Assembly (NCBI RefSeq): GCF_006345805.1 | Contig: NW_021834864.1 | Coordinates: forward strand, 1-44,982 | DNA: 44,982 nucleotides | Direction of reading: 5' to 3' | Source of the DNA: Octopus sinensis | Lineage: Eukaryota | Part shown: piece by piece, positions 25,158 through 37,987 of the stretch | Numbering within the stretch: the stretch's first letter is position 1 | How the letters are laid out: each line of letters begins with the position of its first letter | Notes under the pieces: model-generated | What the model was told of the DNA's origin: nothing | Databases searched by the model: none | Seen by the model: only the letters and a program-made list of their open reading frames with translations | Position numbers and translations under genes: made by a program

Positions 25158-26554
25158 TTTTGCCTATATATAGGCCGACATTTCTTTCTAAACTGACTTC
25201 TTATCTTTTTGCTATTTTCATCTTTTGTCAATATTTTTTCCTTTTTTCCTTTTTTTTTTTCAATCTTTTCTTTTTGTTGTTACACTTTTAAACCTGAGCA
25301 TGTTATCTGTTGTTGCTAAAAATAAGGAATATGAAAGAACGCCATTAGTCTGCTGAATTGTGGAATTTTGGTCTCTGCTTTGCTGGCATTTGCTATGAAG
25401 ACTTTTGGCCATTCGCTGTCTATAGGTGATAGCAGAAAATGTAGTTCCGAGTGATGCTCATTGTTCAGGAGACGTGGAATATTTCTGGTGAACTCCAAAA
25501 CATTGAATAAACACACACACACATACACATATATTCACCTCCCACACATATATTTACAAAGGGATTTATTTAGTTCTATATTTATTAGTTTCGTAGACGT
25601 TGGGCTCAAGTTGTACGAATCTGCACCTGCGAAACTACGAGTAATGTCGAAATGAGCTAATTCGTTATGAAATACTTAAAACTAAATGTGAGACGCGTGC
25701 TACATTCTTTCCTCCTTTTTTTTTCTCCTGCCTGAAACAGAGAGAGAGAGAGAGAGAGAATGAAAGACTGAGACATACGAAGCAGCGCCAAAAACGTATA
25801 CAATCATATTCAAGACGATCGTGTACATTTGGACTTTTTGAAGACTTTTTGCTGTGAAGACTTTTTGCTGTGAAAGTATTCCCAGTAGAAAGTTCTCCTC
25901 ACAGGTTTTATGTAAAAGACATAATTATATATTCGAAAACTAACATCAGGGCAGCATAGATATACCTGCATACATATTCATGTATAAATATGTATCTAGC
26001 TATATATACCAAGTAGATATTATGTAGGTAGGGTTAAAATGTGCTGCAAGCTGTATCCTCTTGAAGCACATTTGCGTATTCTAGTATTCCAAATCCGTAC
26101 GTAGATATTATATTTTTGTGAGGTACCTACAAGCGTTGAAAATTCCGGAAATATTGTTTGCAGAGGTATTACGTATGAAGACAGGAAATAGGGAAAACAT
26201 TTATTTTGGTATTATTTTTTCACCATTACACACGTTTCATTACGAAATTGTAAAGTTATTCAGACAGAGAATCAAATGGAACATATGTAATGGTAAATGA
26301 ATGATAGATAGATAGGTTGTAAATGGACAGGTCGATATTGGAAGAAGGTAGAAAGAAACAGGAAATTAAATATATATATTTAAAAAAAGTCCTTCTCAAA
26401 TACCGATTCTAATCAAACAATACAACACTGAGCGAAACTAGTGGTGAAACTTTATTCCTAACATAGCGAAAAGCTTATTTCGTAACCATTAACTGCAAAT
26501 TTTACAGTTCGAGTAAATATATCTTTGTTAAAACACCTAAGTACAACTCTGAAT

Positions 26555-26612
<58 letters not shown>

Positions 26613-27249
26613 ACACACACACACACACACACACACGCGCACACACACACGCACACACACACAAACATACGCACACAGTCATTTGCAACTCTATTCAACT
26701 AACAAAAGATGGAGTCAAACAACCAAAACTCACGCGCAGAAGAAAAGTATCACAGGAGAGATAATGAAATAAATAAATAAAACATTCCACTCAATATGCT
26801 ATATTTTCAATAAGGTCACATGATAAGTGCTTCTTTCTGCGCAAGAGAATATATATATACATACATACATACATACATACATACATACATACATACATAC
26901 ATACATACATACATACATACATACACGTGATAAGATGCAAGGGAAAGAGAAAATCGATAGAGAAATAGATTATATGAGATAGAGGCAGATAGGTAGATAA
27001 GGAGAGAGAGAGAGAAACTGTGTGTGTGTGTGTGACAAAGGGGATTCCTAAACGGCTAGAAATGACTTAGTGAAAGAGTGTAAAAATCCAATTACAGCTC
27101 GATAGAATTTTGTCCATGGAGAAAGGAATGTTTGAGTAAAGTATTCGAAGAACTTTAGTGAAAGCACACACCAGCATCAGTTTAGAATTGGTTACTTCTT
27201 GAAGATTTATGCGGAATTTAGTTGTTTCTCGCACACCCCACCACACACA

Positions 27250-27280
<31 letters not shown>

Positions 27281-27487
27281 CACAGCATATGCATGCCCAA
27301 ATTTATGTATGTATATGTATATACGACGCTGGCTGGGAAGAAAAGGACTATTTCATATTTTTAAGTGAACTGTTTATTTAATTCGATCGACTGAGCCCAA
27401 CAGCGTCAACCGTTGGCGTTTGGCTTATACGAAAAGTTCAGATCGCCATATTGGAATATATATTGTTACGTGCTTCCGTCTTCTCCT

Positions 27488-27528
<41 letters not shown>

Positions 27529-28132
27529 TGTGTGCGTGGTGGTGATGTCCTTCCAGCAAGTTGAATGTAGAGATTTCTTTGGAATTGGAAAAGATGTATT
27601 ATAAGACTATTACCAGCTTTATATTGGGAAACGACAACTAACTGTCATTTGTGTACGCCATCTTCACCGATGCTATTCACATTTAATCTTTTACCACTAC
27701 GCCTCCACCTCCTTGTTCATCTCCTCCTCCTCCTCCTACTGCTACTGCTGCTGCATGTATGCTTTCCGTTTTCATGGACTACCACAAAATAGAGCAGGAT
27801 TAACGGTAAGATAGACGGATAGAAGGATCGTTGGATGGATAGAAAGACAGAGGGTGAGAGGCGCAGTAGAAAACGTCATAGGGCGGGATGTTAGCTTTTC
27901 CGGTTGTTTTCGTGACATGGTCGGTTTTGTGTTCGTGACATTCCGGTTAGTTTCGTGACGTTTACATTGACTTCATCTATTAACATCCACTCCACTCCCT
28001 TCGTCAACTAGTTTCCGATGACAGGGTTCAATTCTCCCTTCTTTATGCTTTGTGTCTTTTTTCTAAATTTTATTTAATTATTTATTCAACTTAATTAGTT
28101 ATTCGTTATTCTTTTTGTTGTTGTTGTTGTTT

Positions 28133-28290
28133 CGCCCTTGGTCAGACTTGATTCGGAATACCTATGGCCAAATTTAATCTCATAACAGTTTTGTTCAGAC
28201 CCAGTGTATTAAGGACTACATTATCCGATGTATCCATGAAAACCATGTAAGGTTTGGATTTGTGCGAAATTTGGCTGCTATTTTCCAGTC
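28133..28290 (+). mobile_element. Dispersed repeat family D fragment
   Basis: GCCCTTGGTCAG..CCTATG..GGACTACATT..ATTTGGCTGCTATTTT parallels the other copies. Confidence 0.5.
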
Positions 28291-28567
28291 ACGTGGACGG
28301 ATCCTCATTTACGGAATGCTATTAATTTTTGTTGGTGGAAGTGATGTTGATTGTGGTAATGATGATGATGTTGGTGGTGATGATGACAGTGGTGATGATG
28401 ATGATGATGGCAGTGGCAATGACGATGATGATGATGACAATTGTGATGATGATTCTCTTCTTCCTCTGGACCTTCTGAACCTAATTGTTGATCTCCTTTT
28501 TATTGTCATTTTCATTGTTGATGTTGTTGTCATTGTTCCATTTTCTTGTCGCTGTTATAGTTGTAAT

Positions 28568-28770
28568 CAGTGGTGGACTGGGTCTAAAAATATTGGTTGC
28601 CAGAAGACTAAGGGGGCCCACCCGCAACTACAATGTTATCATTTAATTTTATTTTTTGTTAAAAGTATTCTTTTCAACTGTCTACAAACACAGCCAGGCT
28701 GAAATAAAGCATACTAACATGGGCCCCCATATATGAATTCTAATAGCGCATGGGGGCCCACTTTCAGTCT
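28568..28770. mobile_element. Possible DNA-transposon remnant cut by a SINE
   Basis: TIR-like start CAGTGGTGGACTGGG and repeated GGGGGCCC / GGGCCCCC motifs. The right end runs into SINE B. Confidence 0.3.
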
Positions 28771-28772
28771 AA

Positions 28773-28867
28773 GTGCGTGGCACCCTGAGCAAGTATTACC
28801 TTCTATAGCCCAGGGCAGATCACTTCCTTTTGAGTGAATTTAGCGGACAAAACTGTGTGGAAGCCAG

Positions 28868-28920
<53 letters not shown>

Positions 28921-29035
28921 TGACAATCCAATGCTGGTTTGTTTATAACACGGGACCTGAGCGGTTCAGCAAAAGAAAACCGATAAGACAAATACAAGAC
29001 TTCGAAATAATAAGTACCAAGGTTGATTTCATTAA
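28773..29035 (+). mobile_element. SINE family B, diverged copy
   Basis: TGCGTGGCACCCTGAGCAAGT..(GT)n..CTTGACAATC..GCGGTTCAGCAAAAG follows the family B layout. Confidence 0.7.
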
Positions 29036-29459
29036 GTAAATCATTGGAGGGGCGTCAGGACCATAGCCGCATCGCCATCACTGAAACGAATAAAAGTGTA
29101 AAAGACAAAGGAAATATTGAATTCGCACTTGGGGGTCTTTATAAAAAAAAAATGTTGCATTTACTTTACCGGTTTCATAATTTCTTGATTTTTAATAGTA
29201 GTGTGAGATGGAAAGCCCTGACGCTATGCTTCACTGGTGCTATGCTGTACTAGCGTTATATCGTATTTGTCTCGACTACACACATACTCTCACACACATA
29301 CACACACGCTTAATATCATGGGTGAATCTAGACTTCAATCAATGTTTATTATGAAACCTGCGTCGAATACAAATACCCAAGCACACGCATTTACACACAC
29401 GGAGACCCAATACATGCAGAAACACACTTATACCCAAATTCTGTCACATGACAGAATCA

Positions 29460-30121
29460 AATAAGTAGTACAGACATTAGGAATGGCAAAATACAAGATA
29501 GAAAAGACAGGTGCGGCAATTTTTCTACTAACATCAAAGATAGATGCAATCAGAATACGGTAAATGGGAAGCCGAAATCGAAAGAATTGAGTCAGATGGA
29601 AGGAGGTCAGTTGAGAAAACGTCGACATCAAAAAATATTAATAATGAAGCCAAAAAAAAGAAGAAAGAAAAATTATTGAAATGTTATGCAAGGTCTGCTA
29701 TATGTTGGAATTATTGGTATGTGGAACCGAAATAAGAACATTAACCAAACTATTATCAATTATGGAATCTGTTAGAAAAGCTTTGCGGTGGAGAGTTTTA
29801 GAATACTTTTGAGAATATCATGGACAGAAATGAAAACCAATGATGAACAACTAAGAATGGTAAAAATTAAGAAACTTTTATTTGAGATCATCAAAGAGAG
29901 AAAATTGAAATATTGTGGACACTTAATTAGGGAAAAATAGCTTAATGGGTCTGTTAAAGGAAAAATAAAATGAATAGGAGATGGGGACCGAGAATTAGGT
30001 GAATGGATAATGTGAAGAATTGGACAGACTTTAAAAAATGAAATGAATGTACAAGAATGGAACCAGAAATATCAAGGTTGCTATTCGTGGTATTGAACCA
30101 ATCGAGAGCAGATGCTAACCT
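29460..30121 (+). mobile_element. Decayed RTE-clade LINE 3' end followed by a (GAT)n tail
   Basis: Fragments read KLLKCYA..CGTEIRTLTK, then RILLRISWTEMKTNDEQLRMVKIKKLLFEIIKERKLKYCGHLIR (29800-29931), then RRWGPRIR*MDNVKNWT. These resemble the RTE post-RT region (RRILRISW..TNEEV..LKYFGH..RGRP..RWMD). (GAT)n runs 30122-30222. Confidence 0.82.
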
Positions 30122-30162
30122 GACGATGATGATGAAGATGACGATGATGAAGTTGATGACTG

Positions 30163-30196
<34 letters not shown>

Positions 30197-30396
30197 GATG
30201 AGGATGATGATGATGGTGATGATATCAAAGATGAGAGGCAGGAGCTAATATAAATGAGTTGGATGCGGGAGTGATGTACATACATAGGCAGACGAACAAA
30301 CATATATTAGACAGCCAGCGACAAACAGACAGACAGATGCAAAGAAACATCCATTCTGTGTGTTTGTTATTAATGACTGAAATTATTATTATTATT

Positions 30397-30478
<82 letters not shown>

Positions 30479-32091
30479 TTGAATTCGTTAAAAGTCTGAT
30501 CAACGATGTCTAGTTTGACGCATGCGTATATTTGACCAGCACTGATTAGACAGCTTATTTTCACAAAGATTAAATTCACACCACAGTCTCGCACTCAAAG
30601 AAAATAATAAAAAAAGAACAAGAAATATATAACCCCCCCCCCCCAATAAAAAACAAAATAAGCAATAAAAACAACTACATAAAGTTATTCCAAAAGCAGA
30701 AAAAAAGAAGATAAAATTAATACGATTTATCAAACCCTGAACGGATTAAACTAATATAAATTTCAACATGATTTCAAAATCTGTTGAACAGCTCTCATCA
30801 CTATTATTCCAGCATTCAACGACCCCACCACACACACACACCGTCCATTTATTAAGCAAATATATTCGCCATGATTACGTAACAGAATCGAAGAAGGGGG
30901 AGAAACAGGTGGTTGATATACTCCGATTCTTAACCATTATTGCAAGCTTTCGTCCTTTTTGCCTTCTTTTGTTTCTGCGTTTTATCTCCCTTCTTTTTAT
31001 AATGAATTATAATTGAGATAACTAATTAAAGGGGGTTTTTTGTACTTGGTATTTTGAAAATATTTTTTTTTTATTTGACAGAAGACGAAGACTGATTGGT
31101 CGAAGCATAAAAACGGCTTACCTCAGTCTCTTCTTCTTCTTTCTTTACTTCGCTATTATCTCCTCCTTTTCCCCCTTCTTCACTTTGTTAGTATCTCCTC
31201 CTCCTCCTCTTTCACCTCCTCCCTTCTCTTTCTCAGTGTCATCGTTATCGTCGCCGAAATCATTGCTGTTTACGTGAGACTACATCTATCCCTAACCACT
31301 TGGACGCTGAATATTTCCCCTGTTCCTTTCTATTTATGCCCACTCTCTCTCACTCTCTCAGTTACACACTCTCTCAGTCGTTCTCTCTCTGTCTCTCTCA
31401 GTCGTTTTCTTTCTCTCTCTCTCTCTGTCATTCTCTCTCTCACTATTCTTTCGGTCTCCCTGGGGTGTCTGACGTGAATTGCAATGTTTCGGTGTAATCT
31501 TAACACACGCCCAAATGCACACAAACCCATCACCTACACACTCAACCACATGTACACACACATACGCACACACACGCACACTTTTATTTGCCTGCATACA
31601 TGCACACACAATATGCGTGACTGTACAGACAAACATATAGACATACATACGCAGATATGTACATGATTCTACTCCTAGCCACCCTTACATAAAACTCCAC
31701 TCCCCATCCTCGTCGATGAGAGCCTATTACAGATACTCCAGTCTTTCGATACACTTTAGCACCACTCTCAGACAGGGTGCAATCCAAAATTACGAAGAAT
31801 ATTTTCTCTGTATAAAAGACGTCATCGAGTCATTCCGAAGCGAAGTATCTTAGATTCAAAACGTGTCACAAAAACCGAAGAATGGGGATTAAAATCATTC
31901 TGAAGAAAGGAAATGTTGCTAGTCTATAAAAACCAAATGAAATTACTTGACTTTCTCATCCAAAGTGCTTTCGATATATCTATTGGAAGTTGCACAGTCT
32001 AAATAAGTAACTTCTTGGGAATAGGAAGGGTTTCCACGTGTGCGCGGGCGTGTATATTGTCAGGTGGAGTGTAAAGTTGGGGTATTTTCAG

Positions 32092-32160
32092 AGAAGCAGT
32101 CGACCTGAATATTTAGCTATCAATACTGCCGGGTTCCAAGCCAAAGCCGGAAATCCTCAG
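32092..32160 (+). CDS. Possible upstream 69-nt phase 0-0 exon (RSSRPEYLAINTAGFQAKAGNPQ), product unknown
   Basis: Acceptor gtattttcag| and donor CAG|gtgatg. Only one frame is open, and its end phase fits the 37988 exon. No recognisable motif. Confidence 0.25.
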
Positions 32161-32530
32161 GTGATGAAAATCCAAGTCTCACGACAATTACACCGTAAAG
32201 AAAGTTTGGCGAAGAGTAAAGAATCTAAACGACAGGACAAAGAAAATTCTTTAACACATCTTTAATGATTCTTTACAACTGTTTCTGCCCCATCTCTATT
32301 GGCAACGGCAGTTTACACAAAAATTTACGTAATGTTTGTGGTTTTTTGACGTTAGGGAGGCCGTTCAAATTTCTATCAAAGGTCTGCTGTCACACGATGC
32401 GTCTTTCAGATCTAGTATTTTGGTTTATATCGAGTGTGTATATATAATATAATCAGGTAGAAAGTATTTTAGTAGGGAAACACACGTGATGGATATATAA
32501 AGAAAGAGAAACGACGAAAAAATGCACACT

Positions 32531-32854
32531 ATTTGTTTTACAGGATTTAATAGTATATTATTGCCATGATAATAAAGATTATACAATTTTGTATAAAATA
32601 AGGTTTTGTTCTTTCAACATAATTGAAGTAAGGACCGGTTTCGCATTGCTCATCAAGCTGAGAGTTGAAAAGGATATATTGCTAGGGGGGGGGGGCCTCT
32701 AGAAATTTATCTTTTTCAACTTTCAGTCTGACTAGCAATGCGAAACTGTTCATTTCTGCAATTATATTGAAAGAACAAAACCTTATTTTATACAAAATTG
32801 TATAATATCTTTATTATCATGGCTCTAATAGACTCTTAAATCTTGTAAACAAAT
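32531..32854. repeat. Fold-back palindrome of about 324 bp with a G-run loop
   Basis: Arms include a perfect block of about 38 bp, TATACAATTTTGTATAAAATAAGGTTTTGTTCTTTCAA, plus TTTCGCATTGCT / AGCAATGCGAAA. Confidence 0.93.
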
Positions 32855-32868
32855 CTGTTTTTTCATTT

Positions 32869-32904
<36 letters not shown>

Positions 32905-32946
32905 GTATATATATACATACATATATATATATATATATTAATATAT

Positions 32947-33000
<54 letters not shown>

Positions 33001-33001
<1 letters not shown>

Positions 33002-33078
33002 GGAAAGTTTACGAGAATAAACAAAAGACGAAGGCAGTCGGTGTACAAACAAACAGATGTATTAGTACAGCGCTCAGA
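33001..33078 (-). mobile_element. Fragment of a short dispersed repeat (possibly Penelope-associated)
   Basis: Reverse complement aligns to 41039-41105 (TAATACA.CTG.TTGTT..CCTTCGT..GTAAA). It is truncated where the 92-bp duplicated segment begins. Confidence 0.5.
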
Positions 33079-33527
33079 ATTAAAATCATTCTGAAGAAAG
33101 GAAAGGTTGCTAGTCTATAAAAACCAAATGAAATTACTTGACTTTCTCATCCAAAGTGCTTTCGATATATATTTATATATATATGGGAGGGAGAGATATA
33201 TAGATAGGTAATGTGCTCATATAAATACACAACCTGATATCTGAGTATTCACTCATTCAGTCACCTTTGTATAGACATGCACGCATATTTCACGATGATG
33301 TATTCGGGAGAAACAAAATAGGATGGAATCGAAATAACCCCCCCTCTTTCTCATTCACACATTCACACAGGCAGATATATGATCTATTCATTAAGTAGTT
33401 AAAACAAAAACGTTCTCATAAAATTTCCGATTGTAATAAAAACATACTCTAGAAACCTATTGGAGTATAATAGAAAAAGAAAACGAATTATATTCACTGA
33501 TCTCATTGAAATTTGCATTAATTCTGT

Positions 33528-33597
<70 letters not shown>

Positions 33598-33624
33598 ATA
33601 TATATGTGTGGTGTGTATATATAT

Positions 33625-33665
<41 letters not shown>

Positions 33666-34180
33666 TATATATATATGTTTATATATATATATGTTTATAT
33701 ATGTTTATATATATATTTATATATATATGTTTATATATATATATGTATGTTTATATATATATTTATAAGTTCTTGTCACCATTTGTACCCCTCTGCAAAA
33801 AATCCCAAATTTTATTTAATTTGCTTTGCGGGAAGGACTATTTCAACTAAGTCCTGTCTTGCCCTTACCTTCGAAACACGGAGTAGTCGAAGCAGGGGCA
33901 GCTGAAGAAGGGGAATGTTCCTTGTGTTGTATGTCTTGTTCTCTGTTTTTTCGTTGTTTGAAAAGTCCGTTTCCATGTGTTTGTTTTTATGTCTTAGTTT
34001 CTCGCTATGTTATACGTTTTTTTCGGTGTCCTGTACCCATATATGGATGTATATATACATGTAGATGTTGGTACGTACATATATGTATGTATGCATATGT
34101 TTTATTTATTAATTTTTTATTATATGATCGAACGCCACGCATCCACTTCCAAGTATATATGTGTATATATATATATTTAC

Positions 34181-34244
<64 letters not shown>

Positions 34245-34305
34245 GCGTGTTTATATATATATATATTATATTGATATATATATATATATATATATAATAT
34301 ATATG

Positions 34306-34340
<35 letters not shown>

Positions 34341-34698
34341 GTGTGTTTATATATAAATATTTATATGTTTATATATATATATAATCTACTATATATATAT
34401 ATACACACATGTATGTATATATGTATATAGCAGGTGGCTTTCTATTATTTCTATTATAACTATAAAATTTTCTGTTCTGAAATCATAAAATCTTAACGAA
34501 AAAAGAAATATTTGAAAAGTACAACAAAACAAAACAAGAAGAAAAAAATCTCACTACAGACGCTTCATTTCTATTTTTCATTTGTTTTTAAAACACGAAT
34601 GATATCACATGACCAATTTTTAATTATTCCATCCTGAATATAAATACACAGTAGATACACGTATCTGTGCCTATAAATTCATATCAATGTGCCCCTAA

Positions 34699-34735
<37 letters not shown>

Positions 34736-35309
34736 TATAGATAGATAGATAGATATATATGCGTGTGTGTGTGAGGGTGTTATATCTGATATATATTTTC
34801 TTGCATATGTATATATGTTTACATATATATATATATATGAGTTAGTTTCAGTGCGATTATAGACATGCAAATATATATCTGTTAGTTTTAGTATATATAT
34901 ATATATATAAGGTATGTATATATATATATATATACACACACACAAAGACAACCACAAACATTCAAAGGGGAGAAAATGCCCACAGAAATCCTCTTAAAGT
35001 TCTTATTTAATAACTGAATCGGTCTTGTCACTCTTGTCAATATTTAAAAAAAAATATTAACTCCATCTTTATGATTAATTGCTTTGGTTGGCATGTTTTT
35101 GAAATACACACACACACACACCTCCACATCAACGCACACATATACATCTCCCCCACACACATACACAAACAAGATTTCGACAAAGCTCCACTTGAAATTG
35201 TCAATTCGAGCAGACACGTTTTTCACTCTTCCTGTGTCTGTGTGTGTGCTTATGTATGTATATGTGTGTATTTCAAAGCGAACGTATTGAAGTACATCGT
35301 AATCTATAG

Positions 35310-35344
<35 letters not shown>

Positions 35345-35703
35345 TAATTCCAAGGAGAGAATAATATCCGCGCCACCTTTTCCAACGCATGACCTCCATC
35401 CCTATCAATAAAAATCCGATTATTTTTTAGAAATCTTCTTCAGATCTTCACTAAAGGTCTGGGACTAAGGGACAGAAAGGAAAAGAAAAAGAATGAAAAA
35501 GAATTTCAAAAATATATCTATGGATTTGGAGACATTTTAAAATTGAGAAAGTGACATTTTTGGAATTCAGGAGGAACGCGCGCATACACACACACATACA
35601 CACACCTATGTATCGAGTGTGTGTTTATAAGTATAAAGATGCTTTTTTTGTATAAATGTAAAAAGGTTATGCATAAGTATAAATATGTCAATATATTTGC
35701 ACG

Positions 35704-35742
<39 letters not shown>

Positions 35743-36297
35743 TTTTATATAGGTTGTTTGCACTTGATATGAGACAGAGCGAACGAGACCGTGATTCACT
35801 GACACACTCAAACGGGGACACACACATACACACAAAAAACATAATCAGACTAAGAGACTCGACAGTAGACAGACAGTTATTTGATAGAGAGGCAATTGTA
35901 TATTTCAGAGTATATCCAACACATGACTGAATTGTTCTAAATTCAAGGGACGCTACTCGTAGTGAGATAGCTAAACAAAGGCGCCATTGTTTACGCTTTT
36001 AAGTGTAAGGGTTCAAAGCCTATCTTGGATTTGAAAGAGATGACAAGCCAAGTTCTGGTGAATAAAGTGAAATGTCTTATAGAGAATGAAAGAACAAGAG
36101 AGAAAATTTATTTACAATTTTGTGGAATTACTTCTTGTTTTCTTATAGTGATTAATGTTGTTGTTCTTGTTGTTATGTAGACTTATCTCTCATCCGCTCC
36201 TCAAGACTGTTCTAGTGATTGGTGTGTAAATTCATCATTATTGCTTGAGAACTGGCGCTAACACGCGACCTCTTAAAGGTAGCGTTTAGAAAGTGAA

Positions 36298-36354
<57 letters not shown>

Positions 36355-36700
36355 AGAGGTAGATAGGTATATATATATTATATATAGGAATATATATAGA
36401 AATAGATAGGAATATATATAGAAATAGATAGACACACACACACACACGTATACACACACGTGCGCTACTTCGCCGAACGAATGAGAAAGGGGTACTCAAT
36501 ACACGTTGCAGGGATATAGGTTTATTTACTTAAACTGACGATGAAATTTTATTTCGAAATTATTGTTTCATGCATGTGTGATCTTCAAGCAAACATTTCG
36601 TTCCGAGTTTCGCTTCAAGATTGCAGTTGCGTGAAACTTGAGTGGCCACAAACACACACACACACACACACACACCACACATATATATATATATATTATA

Positions 36701-36748
<48 letters not shown>

Positions 36749-36752
<4 letters not shown>

Positions 36753-36970
36753 GAAGCGTTAGCGCGCTGGGCGAAATGCTTAGCGGTATTTCGTCTGTCG
36801 TTACGTTCTGAGTTCAAATTCTGCCGAGGTCGACTTTGCCTTTCATCCTTTCGGGGTCGATAAATTAAGTACCAGTTACGCACTGGGGTTGATGTAATCA
36901 ACTTAATTCCTTTGTCTGTATTTGTTTGTCCCCTCTATGTTTAGCCCCTTGAGGGCAGTAAAGAAAAAAA
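36749..36970 (+). mobile_element. Near full-length tRNA-derived SINE (family A)
   Basis: GGCAGAAGCGTTAGC..GAGTTCAAATTC (B box), central GCCTTTCATCCTTTCGGGGTCGATAAATTAAGTACC, tail GCCCCTTGAGGGCAGTAAAGAAA. Several homologues occur in this window. Confidence 0.88.
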
Positions 36971-37125
36971 ATATATATATATATATATATATATGATGCA
37001 TTTTAAATATTTTCTGAACACTTGTGGATAGGAAGCAGTTGGTATTAAGTGCAACTGCGATTTTGCATCTATTAAAACATTTATACTTCAAATCAACGCA
37101 TCGAAATCAATAGAATAAAATACTT

Positions 37126-37255
37126 GAGTGGCAGAATCGTTAGCACGCTGGATGAAATGTTCAGCGGCATTTCGCTAGTCTTTGCGTTCTGAGTTCAAAT
37201 TCTGCCGAGGTCGACTTTGACTTTCATCCTTTCGGGGTCGATGAATTTAGCACCA
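37126..37255 (+). mobile_element. SINE family A, 3'-truncated
   Basis: Aligns to 36749-36870 and runs into the (ATT)n tract. Confidence 0.85.
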
Positions 37256-37286
37256 GAAAGGATTATTATTATTGTTATTATTATCA

Positions 37287-37322
<36 letters not shown>

Positions 37323-37714
37323 TATGTTTGACTTTTGCTTTATGTCTGTATAAGTTGGCTCCAAGTCTCACCCAGAGACCTCAAGAGACAACAGGTTGGA
37401 AGTTCACGTTGTTGTTATGCCTAGTGTGCCATATATTTGGGGGGTTTTTTTGGTGTTGTACTAGTGAATGTCTAATACATAAATTAAAAAAAAAGTTTGT
37501 TTTAAACCTTGGGATTACATAGAGAGTATTTTGCGTAGGATATGAGCAGTTCCCATGAGTACTATCTTTTGAATTTCTGCCATTTTGGGGTTTCCTGGTA
37601 TCTGAGTTAGGTAGCAATCAGCCCCTTTCGCTATGACAACAGGTATTGTTTTAGTTTTCAGGTTCCATAATTTTGCTGATTTCTATTTCAAGATCTTTAT
37701 ATTTGCTGTTTTTG
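37323..37714 (-). mobile_element. 5'-truncated RLE-type (R4/Dong-like) non-LTR retrotransposon 3' end
   Basis: Minus strand reads KYKDLEIEISK, then after a +1 frameshift WNLKTKTIPVVIAKGADCYLTQIPGNPKMAEIQKIVLMGTAHILRKILSM*. This is the K-Y-x-D-L..W..IPVVI tail of restriction-like endonuclease LINEs, followed by a 3' UTR and (TAA)n. Confidence 0.75.
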
Positions 37715-37719
37715 GTAGG

Positions 37720-37723
<4 letters not shown>

Positions 37724-37772
<49 letters not shown>

Positions 37773-37791
37773 GTTATTGTTATTGTTATTA

Positions 37792-37845
<54 letters not shown>

Positions 37846-37868
37846 CATTATTATTATTATTATCATTA

Positions 37869-37904
<36 letters not shown>

Positions 37905-37909
37905 CATTA

Positions 37910-37969
<60 letters not shown>

Positions 37970-37970
37970 C
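37724..37970. repeat. (ATT)n tract just upstream of the FAS1 exon acceptor
   Basis: Direct reading. Confidence 0.95.
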
Positions 37971-37987
37971 GTATCTCTCTTTTGCAG

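Larger units (their letters stand above)
31888..33170 (+). repeat. 92-bp dispersed direct repeat (31888-31979 and 33079-33170)
   Basis: ATTAAAATCATTCTGAAG..GCTTTCGATATAT occurs twice, 91/92 identical, 1191 bp apart. Confidence 0.95.

Noticed and set aside
33873-33915. GAAA..CTGAAGA permuted hammerhead
   Set aside because: Stems I and II do not pair adequately.
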